Positions 20,206-30,524 of a stretch of 64,000 nt of DNA are shown in pieces (within the stretch, counting starts at the first letter, position 1; each line of letters begins with the position of its first letter). The stretch comes from Gammaproteobacteria bacterium (GTDB lineage Bacteria; Pseudomonadota; Gammaproteobacteria; Eutrophobiales; Eutrophobiaceae). Under the pieces are notes generated by a model. It was given only the letters and a program-made list of their open reading frames with translations, did no database searches and was not told the DNA's origin. The DNA is taken from contig CBDCTH010000004.1 in the NCBI GenBank assembly GCA_965222155.1, positions 256,001-320,000 of the forward strand. Direction: 5' to 3'. A program made the translations under genes and the position numbers.

Positions 20206-20487
20206 ATGTGGCTATATAATATTTTTATGAAAACGTCTAAAAAAAGTCGGTGGTTTTTCGCCTTTAAAGAAAGCGATGTAGTACATGAGTTAAAACTGAT
20301 CGACGGGATGTCTATAATTGATCAGATGGGAGTTCATCACATTTTAACCCCTGATGAAGCTTATAGGGAATACACAAAGAATTTAAAAAGATATTTCACA
20401 AATAGTGTGAATACGGTTGAAAAATCAACAGGAGTCGAATTTCCTCCTAGCAAGGAAAGAGCCAGCATACATGAATATAAAAAATGA
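20206..20487 (+). CDS. Hypothetical protein
   Basis: 93-aa ORF in AT-rich DNA overlapping the next gene; no recognisable motif. Confidence 0.4.
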   Translation: MWLYNIFMKTSKKSRWFFAFKESDVVHELKLIDGMSIIDQMGVHHILTPDEAYREYTKNLKRYFTNSVNTVEKSTGVEFPPSKERASIHEYKK

Positions 20488-20884
20488 CGAACTTGTAGAA
20501 CAATCTACACAGGAAGTTGTAGAGGGGGATTTAGAAACACAAAGGGAAGAACAATCACAAAATCAAATTGTTGGCTATAGTGGCCCACTTCCAGATGCCG
20601 AAAGTTTCAGAAGATACGAGAATGTTTTGCCTGGAGCTGCTGATCGAATTCTAACAATGGCAGAAAAGGAACAGCAAAGACACATGGAAAGCCAAAACCA
20701 ATTTACCAAATTAGAAGAAAAATGAATTTCAACTGTTAAAACAGTGAGTATTTTGACGCTTTTGGTTTCTGCTTACGCAATGTATTTAGGTCATGGATGG
20801 ATAGCAATAACAGGCCTTGGAGTTTCTTTGCTTGCCGCAATAAGTCGTTTCTTTCTTCTTAAAATTAGAATGGACAAAGACTAA
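20471..20884 (+). pseudogene. DUF2335 membrane protein interrupted by in-frame TGA (20723-20725)
   Basis: YSGPLPDAESFRRYENVLPGAADRILTMAEKEQ motif; same frame continues after TGA with hydrophobic helices to TAA at 20884. Confidence 0.75.
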
Positions 20885-20971
20885 TATTTACTGCCTAAGC
20901 AGCAAACCTTTCATTTCAATGGGTAATATTGTATATAAGTCCCATTTAAATCTGTCCCCGGCAAATACTCA

Positions 20972-21273
20972 CTACACCGGACCAATCTCCGTCCTGCTCC
21001 CGTCAGGATGAAGTCGTATGGTGGTATTGTTTTCCACGATAACCGCATCAAAGCCGAGCCGGCGCTTTCTGTCCAGCTTTTTGGCAACGGCATATCCCAG
21101 AACTTGCAGAATAAATTCCGTGTCCACGTCTTCTATACGGCGCTTAGCGGGTCGCTCATAAATCCTGCCAGCCACCTCATAGACTTCACGTCATTCTTTC
21201 ACTTCAGTTTGTCCGGCGTAGTTTTCCCCACCCCGTTAGGCCCGGCTATGATTGTGCAAGTTGGTTTACTCAT
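20972..21273 (-). pseudogene. Internally deleted second copy of the zeta-like ATPase gene
   Basis: MSKPTCTIIAGPNGVGKTT joined directly to the C-terminal domain (PAKRRIEDVDTEFI...); about 520 bp missing relative to 18767-19588. Confidence 0.85.
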
Positions 21274-21275
21274 TT

Positions 21276-22337
21276 TTAAAGTCTGTCACTGACAAAACAG
21301 GGTTTGAATGCCGGGGTCGACTCTTCCCTGAACCCCGCATCGGCATGGATGATAAAATATGCTGCCAGTCCGTTTTGTCTTGCCAGTTCAAGGCCCTGTT
21401 CCGGGCCCAGCACAAGCAGGCCTGTCGCCCACGCGTCGGCCAGCATGGTTGATGTGTGCAACACCGTCACCGAGGCAAGGCCATGGGTGACCGGATGGCC
21501 CGTGCGCGGGTCGATCGTATGTGAATAGCGGGCCCCGTCTTTCTCGAAATAATTCCGGTAATCACCCGAGGTCGCCATGGCCATGTTCTCCAGTTTGATG
21601 ATTTTCCGCACGGCACGAGATCCGGCAACGGGTTTTTCAATCCCGATTTGCCAGGGTCCATTTTTGTCGTTTACGCCCCGGGCGCGAATTTCCCCGCCGA
21701 TTTCCACCAGGTAGTTGTCTAGTTGTATCCGCTCCAGGTAGTCGGCGATCTCATCCACACCATAACCCTTTGCGATAGCGGAAAGATCGATATACATTCC
21801 GGCAGCCGCTTTTTTCAGGTTAGAAGCTGCGGGGTCAAGTTGCAGTTTTTGATAACCAACCAGGCGTAAAGCCGTATCGATCTGCTCCTCCTCCGGGACA
21901 GTGAAATCCTGTTCCGGGCCGAACCCCCACAGGTTGACCAGGGGGCCGACGCTGACATCAAACGCACCCCGCGTTAATCGGCTCAGCTCCCTTGCGGTCT
22001 GTAACACGTGCATCAGGGATGCGCTTACGGAGAGCCAATCGGTACTATCAGTATTGTTTATCCAGGATAGTTCCGACTTGGACAGGTAGCTGGACATCTC
22101 CAGGTTGACCTTGTTGAGAATAGCGTCGAATTGCGCCTGCAAATGCTGCCTTGAATGCGGTTGCGTCGCACCATAAATCATCACGGAATAGGTCGTCCCC
22201 ATCGTCAGCCCGGTAAATTCATGCATCTGCTCCGGCCGCTCCGACTGGCATGCAGACAGGCAGAGGAAGCAGATAAGGGATAACAGAACAGGGCGAATCG
22301 GGGTCATTTCAGAGTCGGAGGTTGCCCCTGTAGTCAT
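21276..22337 (-). CDS. apbE: FAD:protein FMN transferase
   Basis: TMGTTY, GAFDVSVGPLVNLWGFG, DLSAIAKGY, ATSGDYRN, ADAWAT; lipobox LSAC. Confidence 0.95.
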   Translation of the reverse strand: MTTGATSDSEMTPIRPVLLSLICFLCLSACQSERPEQMHEFTGLTMGTTYSVMIYGATQPHSRQHLQAQFDAILNKVNLEMSSYLSKSELSWINNTDSTDWLSVSASLMHVLQTARELSRLTRGAFDVSVGPLVNLWGFGPEQDFTVPEEEQIDTALRLVGYQKLQLDPAASNLKKAAAGMYIDLSAIAKGYGVDEIADYLERIQLDNYLVEIGGEIRARGVNDKNGPWQIGIEKPVAGSRAVRKIIKLENMAMATSGDYRNYFEKDGARYSHTIDPRTGHPVTHGLASVTVLHTSTMLADAWATGLLVLGPEQGLELARQNGLAAYFIIHADAGFREESTPAFKPCFVSDRL

Positions 22338-22374
22338 TCATTTATCCTCCGAATACTGCAACGGGATGATCCCA

Positions 22375-24144
22375 TCACATTATGGCGGTTCCCTGTTCCC
22401 TCTCCTCCATTCCCTGATCGTGTGCCGGCATCGAATGCCGGAAATAAGGAATAACCGGTTCAATATCGCCACTCAGGTTCTTGTTCTTGACGCCGTTCCA
22501 GTAATCAGCCGTGAGCAGGTCGCCGTGGACTTCCAGGAACAGGGCGCGCAAACCGGGTTCCATGGATAAAAATTTGATGAACTCTTCCGGGAAAATATCG
22601 TTTTTGTTGACGTGGAACCAGACATCCGAACGCATCAGGTCTTCGTCATCATCACTGTCCGGGATGTCGCGGAAATCGCATTCCGTTACCAGCGCCACTT
22701 CATCGTAATCATAGAAAACAACCCGCCGGTGGCGGGTCACGCCGAAGTTTTTCAGCAACAGGTCGCCGGGGAAGATATTGGTATTGGCCAGGTCCTTGAT
22801 GGTCTGCCCGTAATCCAGTATGACCTCGTTGGCATTGGCGCGACCGGCTTCCCTCAGGTACAGGTTCAATGGCCGTACCCGGCGCTCGATATAGACGTGG
22901 TCGATAATTAATTGATCCTTCTCAACACGCACGGTTCCGGCCGCTTCGCTGAGCAGTTCTTCCAGCAAATCATCACCGAAGCGGTTTAACGGGAATTCCA
23001 GGTTGCGGAATACCTGGGTATCGATTAAACGGCCGGCCCGATCATGGCGGGAGACCAGCTTGTATTTATTTTGCACCTCCTCCCTGTTGATGGTTTTCGG
23101 ATAACCGAAATTGTCCCGGATAATTTTAAATACCAGATCATAAGAGGGTAATGTGAATACCAGCATCACCAGGCCCTTATCGCCTTCGGCATGCACGAAC
23201 TTGTCATCCGTGTTTTCCAGGTGGTGCGAAAAGATGCGGTAGCGCTCGGTCTTGCCCTGGCGCAACCTGCCCAATACCGTGTACAACTCGTCAATGGGCT
23301 TGGCCGGCAGGATGGAATGCAGGAAATGCACCGCGCCGATTACGGAATGCGGGTTGGCAAAATAATAGGACCGGGTATAACTGAATACGATACTGACTTC
23401 TTCCTCGGACAACAGCACTGCGTCCACCTCGATGCCGTCGCCAGAATTTTTCAGGGCGATAATGATAGGGTTAACGTGGTCTTGCTGTATGGTACGGCCG
23501 ATTAAATAGGCCCGGGCTGATTGAAAAAACGCCGAGTCGATAAATTCAAACCTGAGAAATTCACCATATTGGCGCAGGTGCCCCTGGTAATAGCGCTGGA
23601 TTTCCTGGCTGATGGTCCTGGATTCCGCAGTAATATTTTTAAAGGGTACCTTGAAGGCAAAATCATCAAGAATATTTTTGAATGTCTTGCTCAGTGAACC
23701 CCAGTAGGGATAGCGGTTCAGGGTCAGCGTCTCCAGCGGGTTAAAACCTTCATCCGGCGCCGAGGAAACAAATTCGATCTCCGAGTCGATGCCCACCGTA
23801 TCAAAGATGCGCCGGGTTATGGAATTGAAGAACGTCTTCATGAAACCGGCGTCAGGCACGTTATACAGCCGTTCACCAAAATATCCCCGCGTACTGTGCC
23901 AGAGCTTGCGATCGATTACTCTTGGACCCAGATTTTTCCGCAACGAGATAACGATGCGGCGCACGGATTTTTCATAGAGTTCGACCCGTTCGGCTATGTC
24001 CTGATGATGCCCACCCCAGTCCTGATGCTCAAAACGCCGCCGGGCGCGCTCCGTAATACGGGTGAAATTCTCGTTATATTTCAGGAATCCTTCGTAGATA
24101 AACTCCGAGATGCGCGCAATGGTCTGTTTTCGCTGCTCTGACAT
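22375..24144 (-). CDS. aceK: Isocitrate dehydrogenase kinase/phosphatase
   Basis: GLVMLVFTLPSY, HDRAGRL, NIFPGDLLLKNFGVTRHRRVVFYDYDE. Confidence 0.95.
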   Translation of the reverse strand: MSEQRKQTIARISEFIYEGFLKYNENFTRITERARRRFEHQDWGGHHQDIAERVELYEKSVRRIVISLRKNLGPRVIDRKLWHSTRGYFGERLYNVPDAGFMKTFFNSITRRIFDTVGIDSEIEFVSSAPDEGFNPLETLTLNRYPYWGSLSKTFKNILDDFAFKVPFKNITAESRTISQEIQRYYQGHLRQYGEFLRFEFIDSAFFQSARAYLIGRTIQQDHVNPIIIALKNSGDGIEVDAVLLSEEEVSIVFSYTRSYYFANPHSVIGAVHFLHSILPAKPIDELYTVLGRLRQGKTERYRIFSHHLENTDDKFVHAEGDKGLVMLVFTLPSYDLVFKIIRDNFGYPKTINREEVQNKYKLVSRHDRAGRLIDTQVFRNLEFPLNRFGDDLLEELLSEAAGTVRVEKDQLIIDHVYIERRVRPLNLYLREAGRANANEVILDYGQTIKDLANTNIFPGDLLLKNFGVTRHRRVVFYDYDEVALVTECDFRDIPDSDDDEDLMRSDVWFHVNKNDIFPEEFIKFLSMEPGLRALFLEVHGDLLTADYWNGVKNKNLSGDIEPVIPYFRHSMPAHDQGMEEREQGTAIM

Positions 24145-24154
24145 TGGTACGGTC

Positions 24155-24500
24155 AGCCCGGATTTCTCACCAGGTGATGCGATGATTGCGCCGGATTTTT
24201 TGCGTCAGCGGGTGCCTGCGACCGAAAGCATAGCCGTAGCTATGGTTAAGGGACAAATCGTCAGGACAGACAATTTGCACGGCGACAGCCGCCCGCAGGG
24301 TTGCGCCCCAGAGCCTGCCCCTGTATGGAGTTGAGCAGGGGGATGGGCGCAATGAACACGTGCCCGCTGGCGCAAAAAAGACAAGCAAGGGCGCATCAAG
24401 CGTAGTTTGTTTTAGTGACATCATCGACATGTTATCGTAACTCATTGTCAGCAAACAAGGTATCAGATGGCAATAAGCGGCCTGGTGAGAAATCCGGGCT
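24155..24500. mobile_element. MITE with ~20-bp terminal inverted repeats (AGCCCGGATTTCTCACCAGG)
   Basis: agcccggatttctcaccagg ... cctggtgagaaatccgggct; homologous copy in opposite orientation at 42131-42519; no transposase ORF. Confidence 0.85.
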
Positions 24501-25794
24501 ACATATTTGCGATTAATGCCTGGCCGAACTCGCTGCAACTGACTTTATTTGCGCCCTCCATTAACCGGGCAAAGTCATAGGTGACTGTCTTGGAGCATAT
24601 CGTATTATCCATACCGGATATGACAAGGTCTGCAGCTTCCGTCCAGCCCAGGTAGCGCAGCATCATCTCACCGGAGAGCACCAGGGAGCCCGGGTTGACC
24701 TTGTCCTGGTTGGCATACTTGGGCGCGGTGCCGTGAGTCGCCTCGAATACGGCATGACCGGTGTCATAGTTGATGTTACCCCCGGGCGCTATGCCGATAC
24801 CGCCGACCTGTGCTGCCAATGCATCGGACAGGTAATCACCGTTCAGGTTCATGGTGGCAATCACATCGAATTCCCTGGGTCGGGTCAATACCTGTTGCAG
24901 GGTAATATCGGCAATGGCGTCCTTGATCAGTATTTTTCCGCCGACCAGCGCTTCCTCCTGTTCCTGGTTGGCTGCCTCTGCTCCTTTTGCCGAGCGGGTG
25001 CGTTCCCATTGATCCCAGGTATAGGTCTGGTCAGCGAAGGAGTCCTCCGCTAACGCATAGCCCCAGTTACGGAACGCGCCTTCGGTGTATTTCATGATGT
25101 TGCCCTTGTGTACAAATGTCACGCTCTTGCGCTTATTATCCAGCGCGTACTGGATTGCAGCCTTGACCAGGCGCTCCGTCCCCTCCCGGGAGATCGGCTT
25201 GATGCCGATACCCGTGGTCTCCGGAAAGCGAATTTTCCGGTAATAGTTGGGAAATGCATCCTGCAGTAATTCCAGAAATTTCCGGTTCTCTTCCGTCCCT
25301 TGTTCAAACTCTATACCAGCATAGATGTCTTCGGTGTTTTCCCGGAATATGACCATGTCCACGAGTTGCGGGTTTTTTGTCGGCGAGGGTACGCCCTGAA
25401 ACCAGCGCACCGGACGCAGGCAGACATAAAGATCAAGGATCTGGCGCAGGGCGACGTTCAGGGACCGAATACCGCCGCCGATGGGAGTGGTCAGCGGGCC
25501 CTTGATGGCAACCAGGTATTCCCGGCAGCGGTCCAGGGTCTCGTCCGGTAGCCAGGATCCGGTCAGTTCATTGGCTTTTTCACCGGCATAAACTTCCAGC
25601 CAGTGAATTTCCCGTTGACCGTTATAGGCCTTGGCTACCGCCGCATCAAGTACCTGCCGGGTCGCCCGCCAGACGTCAGGACCGATACCGTCTCCTTCAA
25701 TAAATGGTATTACCGGGTGATCCGGTACTTGCAGTCGTCCATTCTCAATAGTGATTTTTTCCCCTTCGGGGGGTATCGAAAGCGCTGTGGCCAC
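24499..25794 (-). CDS. icd: NADP-dependent isocitrate dehydrogenase
   Basis: [59 protein letters not shown]. Confidence 0.97.
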   Translation of the reverse strand: MATALSIPPEGEKITIENGRLQVPDHPVIPFIEGDGIGPDVWRATRQVLDAAVAKAYNGQREIHWLEVYAGEKANELTGSWLPDETLDRCREYLVAIKGPLTTPIGGGIRSLNVALRQILDLYVCLRPVRWFQGVPSPTKNPQLVDMVIFRENTEDIYAGIEFEQGTEENRKFLELLQDAFPNYYRKIRFPETTGIGIKPISREGTERLVKAAIQYALDNKRKSVTFVHKGNIMKYTEGAFRNWGYALAEDSFADQTYTWDQWERTRSAKGAEAANQEQEEALVGGKILIKDAIADITLQQVLTRPREFDVIATMNLNGDYLSDALAAQVGGIGIAPGGNINYDTGHAVFEATHGTAPKYANQDKVNPGSLVLSGEMMLRYLGWTEAADLVISGMDNTICSKTVTYDFARLMEGANKVSCSEFGQALIANM

Positions 25795-25893
25795 GTTAAA
25801 TCTCCATGTTTGGTGAATTTTTGCAATAGCTTACCATATCTCTTACTTGCTGAGCAGTTGACAGCGCCGGTGAGCAGGGCGGAAAGAGGGATA

Positions 25894-26265
25894 TTATTTC
25901 GGATAGTACCTGACGTTTTTTAAATCCTTGAAATCTGCATCCTGTGTCCACACCAGGGCCTCATATCTGCGCGCCGTCGCGTAAATAATGCTATCAGCCA
26001 AGGGCAGTTTGCATTCAACTCCGAAATAAGCCGCATCCACTGCTAACCCCTCATTCAGAGGAACAACCTTCCCTTGTTCCATATGCGCAATGGCTCGCAG
26101 GGCTGCCTCCTCACCTCGTTGACGCAGAATATTCTTAAAAACCTCAGTTAAGGTAATACTGGGTACCAGCAGCTCTTCCAATCTTCCAATCGGATCGGCA
26201 AAAGATCGTGAATTTTTATCGTTGGCAAAATAGGACAACCATCCCGACGAATCGACTACATTCAT
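25894..26265 (-). CDS. vapC: VapC PIN-domain toxin
   Basis: VVDSSGW, EV, LPLADSIIYATA, TQDADF; 4-nt overlap with upstream antitoxin. Confidence 0.9.
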   Translation of the reverse strand: MNVVDSSGWLSYFANDKNSRSFADPIGRLEELLVPSITLTEVFKNILRQRGEEAALRAIAHMEQGKVVPLNEGLAVDAAYFGVECKLPLADSIIYATARRYEALVWTQDADFKDLKNVRYYPK

Positions 26266-26468
26266 AGCCGATCTTTGTCGCGTTCTACACTTGTATCAAT
26301 GCCTTTCAGGAAGCCTCTCAAGTTCTCCATTGGCTCTATCGGAATAAGCTGTATCCGCTTTCGGTAACTGAGCATCTGAACTTTCTGTCCGGAGACGATT
26401 CCGCTTGACTCCCTGATTTCTTTAGGAATTACAATTTGGTACTTAGGTGAAACGGTAACAGTAGTCAT
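26262..26468 (-). CDS. vapB: AbrB/MazE-family antitoxin
   Basis: VTVSPKYQIVIPKEIRE swapped-hairpin motif. Confidence 0.9.
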   Translation of the reverse strand: MTTVTVSPKYQIVIPKEIRESSGIVSGQKVQMLSYRKRIQLIPIEPMENLRGFLKGIDTSVERDKDRL

Positions 26469-26477
26469 GGGTAATTC

Positions 26478-26529
26478 TTCATCGATAGAGATATCATTTT
26501 ACAATAATACCATCGATGTATCCTGTCAA
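26478..26529 (-). promoter_or_regulatory. Putative sigma70 promoter of vapBC with palindromic operator-like sites
   Basis: Minus strand TTGACA-17 nt-TATTGT; two ATCGAT-centred palindromes. Confidence 0.55.
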
Positions 26530-26718
26530 GACTCAGTAGAATGATAAATTAATCAGGTCAACAAACCGGGCATGACTTTAAGATGGCACTGACAGTACCG
26601 TAGCGGGATGAGTCTATATAGTCCCATAAACGGACTCAGCGCGCTGCCTGCCGCACTTGCCGAAAAAACACCAGCGCATCAGAAACATAATCGCCGTGAT
26701 GGGCAAGGCACGCCAGTT

Positions 26719-27183
26719 TTATTGCTCTAATACCCCTTCAGCTTCGTCTTCCAGCATTGGGCCGATGACTTCCATGGGCCAAGGGGCTTCAGCGAATACG
26801 CCGGCCGCGTGCATGGGCAGCGCGGGGGCCTTGGGGGCAGTGTCAAATAACCGGTAAATCGCCTCCATTCCCAGCCCGAACACGACCCGGCGGATATTGG
26901 CCCAGACGATGGCGCCGGCGCACATGGGGCAGGGTTCGCCGCTGGCATACAGGGTGAACGTCTTTAGCTGATCGGGTTTAAATTTCCTGGACGCAACCCG
27001 GATCAGGTTCATTTCCGCGTGCGCGGTGACATCGTTGTCGGTGACCACCGAGTTCTGCGCCGCCAGTACGGGTGTGCCGTCCGTATCGACCAGCAATGCG
27101 CCGAACGCATGATTGCCGCGTTCCCGCGCGCGTTCGGCTTCCTTGAAGGCAATGCGCAGGTAATGTTTATCTACATTCTTCAT
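26719..27183 (-). CDS. Nucleoside/guanine deaminase (CDA family)
   Basis: AHAEMN and EPCPMC zinc motifs. Confidence 0.9.
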   Translation of the reverse strand: MKNVDKHYLRIAFKEAERARERGNHAFGALLVDTDGTPVLAAQNSVVTDNDVTAHAEMNLIRVASRKFKPDQLKTFTLYASGEPCPMCAGAIVWANIRRVVFGLGMEAIYRLFDTAPKAPALPMHAAGVFAEAPWPMEVIGPMLEDEAEGVLEQ

Positions 27184-27221
27184 CCGGCCGTATATATATT
27201 ACTTATCTGCGGTAATCTGCG

Positions 27222-27883
27222 TCATCTGCGGATAAAAATCTGATCATGCAGGAACGGGTCGCCCCGCATGGCAGTCTCCGTGTCCAGCAGGATGCCGCAA
27301 GCCGGACAGCCGAACGAACGCAACACCGCTTCCCCACCACTGGAATAAGGGTCTCCCAGTGTCTGCATGGGGGTTTCCTGCACACTGGCGGCATCCTTCC
27401 AGTCACTGCCCGTATCGGCTAATGCCTGTCCGCAGTGTTTGCAGGAGACGTGCGCGCTTGTGACCAGAACGGGTTTCATTCCGTTTTTTCTCTGCGACAG
27501 CAGGGCAGCCCTTTTTTTGTCTGTGAGAAGCGGGTCAGGCTCTCCCGTCCCCGCGTCCATGACGACTCCGTAGACGGTTTCTGCAAATTCCGCGGAAGTC
27601 AGGCCGTTGTGTACGTCGCGGCCCACCTCTTCCGGCGGTCGCAGCAGGGGGTCGCCGTAACCGCCGCCGCCATTCCAGCGCACGTACAGGGCGTCGTTAC
27701 CCATTAACGGAAACACCCCCCAGTCAACGCTTTGTTGTTCGCCTGCCATGGGCTCTGTCCGGGCCGGCGGTGCGCTGTTGCCCGGTTGCGGTTCACTGTT
27801 CTTAATCCAGAAGTAGGCGTTGGACGAGCCGGGAAAGCCGCCGGCAGCGTGCAGTTCACGATAGTGCCTTCCGGCGCGATCAT
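27222..27883 (-). pseudogene. Hydantoinase B/oxoprolinase-like gene remnants with C-terminal Cys-motif domain
   Basis: Fragments IAPEGTIVNC and AGGFPG...GGGGYGDPLLRPP in different frames; CKHC and CPAC motifs. Confidence 0.7.
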
Positions 27884-28096
27884 GGTTTCGGTGTGTTCGA
27901 TTCCTTCAATCCGGATCATGCGGTTGGTCACCATATCGGCTATGGCCTCATTAGTCTCTACTCACAGGATGCTGACGATATCGTAGCTGTCGCCCACGGA
28001 GTAAACCTCGGAAAATTCCGCCAGTTCAGCCAGGGCTTCGGCGACCTCATTGATCCTGCCGTGATGGGTATTGATTAACACGATTGCTGTAACCAT
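27875..28096 (-). pseudogene. Lrp/AsnC ligand-binding domain protein, frameshifted, with a nonsense codon and truncated
   Basis: MVTAIVLIN...EVAEALAELAGI/fs/SEVYSVGDSYDIVSIL*VETNEAIADMVTNRMIRIEGIEHTETMIA. Confidence 0.75.
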
Positions 28097-28124
28097 TTAA
28101 ATCACCTGTCGCTAAGTGCGTATC

Positions 28125-29756
28125 TTATTGGTGTAATGCCCGCAGTTTGTTTCTCTGGATCTTGCCGGTCTGTGTTTTTGGCAGCGCCGCTATGAATTCT
28201 ATCACCCTCGGGTACTTGTAAGGGGCAATGGATTGCTTGACAAACTCCTGCAGTTCGCCAACCAGTCGCTCCGATGCCTGATACCCCCCGGCTAATACGA
28301 TAAATGCCTTGATGAGCATGCCCCGCGCTTCATTCGGTATCCCGATGACACCGCATTCACTGACGGCTGCGTGGGGCAACAGGGCCGCCTCCACTTCCGC
28401 TCCGGAGATGTTGTAACCCGAAGAGATAATCATGTCATCCGTACGCCCCTGGTACCACACATAGCCGTCTTCATCCATGGTGCAGACGTCCCCGGTCAGG
28501 TTCCAGCCGTTAACCACGTAATTTTTTTGCCGTTCATCGGCCAGGTATTTACAGCCTGTCGGGCCTTTTACTGCCAGACGGCCCAGTGTGCCCGGAGCTA
28601 CAGGCTGGTTGTCATCACCCAGAATGCAGGCCCGGTAACCGGTTATCGCCTTGCCCGATGCTCCCGGACGGATATCATCACCCGCAGCGGAAACAAAGAC
28701 GTGGATCATTTCGGTCGAACCGAAGAAATCAAGCATTTTGATCCCGGTTGCCGCCAGCCACTCCCGGTAAGTAGGCAGGGGGAGCTTTTCGCCCGCGCTA
28801 GCGGTTTTTTTCAAACTGCTCAAGTCAAAATCATCGATGTGATTAAGGATAGCGTGGTAAGCAGTCGGCGCAGTTGCACAAAGGGTTGCCTTGAACGCGC
28901 CAATCGCCCTGGCCAGTTCCAGTGGCGGGGTTGCTTCCAGGAGCACCACACTGGCGCCGGCATACAGGGGCATACCTACAAGCATCCCCAGGCCAAAGGT
29001 GAATGCAATCGGCGGGCTGCCGATGAATATATCAGTGGGCTCCGGTTTGACGACGTATGAATTACCGCAGATGCACATAGCCAGGATGTCGCGGTGGAAA
29101 TGAATCGTGCCTTTGGGCGCGCCCGTAGTGCCGCTGGTGAAGGCGATGATGGCGGGGTCGTCACTGGCCGTATCAACAGGGGTGAAGGTGGTTTCCTTGG
29201 TGGCCATGAGCCGCTCCAGTTCTGCTGCGGCGCCGGCCTTCCCGGAGCCGTTGAACTGCATGATACGTTGTATAAATGGACTGGATTCCGTGGCTGCGGA
29301 CAGGTCGTCAACAAGTCGTTTATCGCACAATGCGAACTGGGCCTGCGCCTTGTTGATGATCGGTTCCAGATCCCGTTTGCGCAGCAGAGGCATGGTGGCG
29401 ACGGCTACCCCGCCGGCTTTTATCACGCCGAACCAGCAGGCAACCAGCATCGGGTTGTTGGCGGACCGCAGCAGGACGCGGTTGCCCGGCTGCAGGCCCA
29501 GGTCATCTACCAGCACCCGGGCAATCCGGTTGGATCTTTCGTACAGGTCCCGGTAACTCCAGGTCTCGTTGGGTGTCAGGATGGCATTATTGGGGCCGTA
29601 TCCTGCGGCAATTTTTTTATCAAGCAACTCTGCTGCGCTGTTCATACGCGCAGGGAACTGTAACTCGTCGGTGGTAAACAGGAATTCAGGTAATTGTTGC
29701 GCCGGGGGCAGGTTGTCCCTGACGAAAGTATCGACATGGCTGGTATGATTATTCAC
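28125..29756 (-). CDS. Aromatic acid-CoA ligase, 2-aminobenzoate-CoA ligase-like
   Basis: SHVDTFVRDNLPP N-terminus, FTSGTTGAPKG, SPPIAFTFGLG, APYKYPR, PKTQTGKIQR. Confidence 0.85.
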   Translation of the reverse strand: MNNHTSHVDTFVRDNLPPAQQLPEFLFTTDELQFPARMNSAAELLDKKIAAGYGPNNAILTPNETWSYRDLYERSNRIARVLVDDLGLQPGNRVLLRSANNPMLVACWFGVIKAGGVAVATMPLLRKRDLEPIINKAQAQFALCDKRLVDDLSAATESSPFIQRIMQFNGSGKAGAAAELERLMATKETTFTPVDTASDDPAIIAFTSGTTGAPKGTIHFHRDILAMCICGNSYVVKPEPTDIFIGSPPIAFTFGLGMLVGMPLYAGASVVLLEATPPLELARAIGAFKATLCATAPTAYHAILNHIDDFDLSSLKKTASAGEKLPLPTYREWLAATGIKMLDFFGSTEMIHVFVSAAGDDIRPGASGKAITGYRACILGDDNQPVAPGTLGRLAVKGPTGCKYLADERQKNYVVNGWNLTGDVCTMDEDGYVWYQGRTDDMIISSGYNISGAEVEAALLPHAAVSECGVIGIPNEARGMLIKAFIVLAGGYQASERLVGELQEFVKQSIAPYKYPRVIEFIAALPKTQTGKIQRNKLRALHQ

Positions 29757-29869
29757 GTTCTATCTCAAGCAGGCGCTTGCAAATTTCACCAATACATATT
29801 ATTAACCTGTAATGGTTAACTCGTAAAGCGTACTTTAACCGAACGCCTCCACAACAGAATGACACCTCC

Positions 29870-30293
29870 ATGGCATTTAAACTCCCCGACGGCACTGAAC
29901 TGAAACGGCTGGCCGCTGGCCCGATACCTTGAGATCTATCAGGGCCGCTACTATGCCAGGGCAAAGAACCTGGTGCGCAAACTGCGGGCAAGCTATGACA
30001 AGCCGTTACGGGAGTATGACCTGTTGCTGATGCCCACCCTGGTCGACACGGCCACTGAGAACCCGAAGTCACAGCAGCACGCAAGCGCTGAGGAGATAAT
30101 GCACACCGCATTCGGCAATACGCTGAACACCTGCCAGTTCAACGCTACCGGACACCCCGCCATCTCAATCCCCTGCGGCCAGAGCAACGGCCTGCCGGTG
30201 GGCCTGATGTTGGTAGGCCGGTATTATGCGGAAAAGACCATTTACCAAGCGGCCCATGCCTTCGAGCAATCGACAGATTGGCGGGAGAGATAA
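29870..30293 (+). pseudogene. Amidase remnant (short N-terminus joined to C-terminus)
   Basis: MAFKLPDGTELKRLA then, in another frame, GRYYARAKNL...DLLLMPT...NTCQFNATGHPAISIPCG..GLPVGLMLVG; catalytic core absent. Confidence 0.8.
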
Positions 30294-30524
30294 TCAGTAC
30301 AGACGGCACAGTCTACTAAATTGGTAATTCAAAGAGAACCGGCCCAACATCACTCCAATCGAAAATCCGCGATGCGTAATTATGGAATATGCAGGGGTTA
30401 TCCAGTTCCACTATAGAATTCTGACTAGTTTGAAAATGAGACGGATTGTATAAAATCTATCAGCCAAGATGGTATATTGATTTTAACTTTTCTGTTATTA
30501 AGTTAAATACACGAAATTACCGCC

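Noticed and set aside
20723-20725. Selenocysteine TGA
   Set aside because: No redox motif context and no evident SECIS hairpin downstream.
24167-24538. ORFs inside MITEs (also 42178-42550, 56983-57480) as possible transposases
   Set aside because: No DDE or HUH motifs; similarity between them reflects shared repeat DNA.
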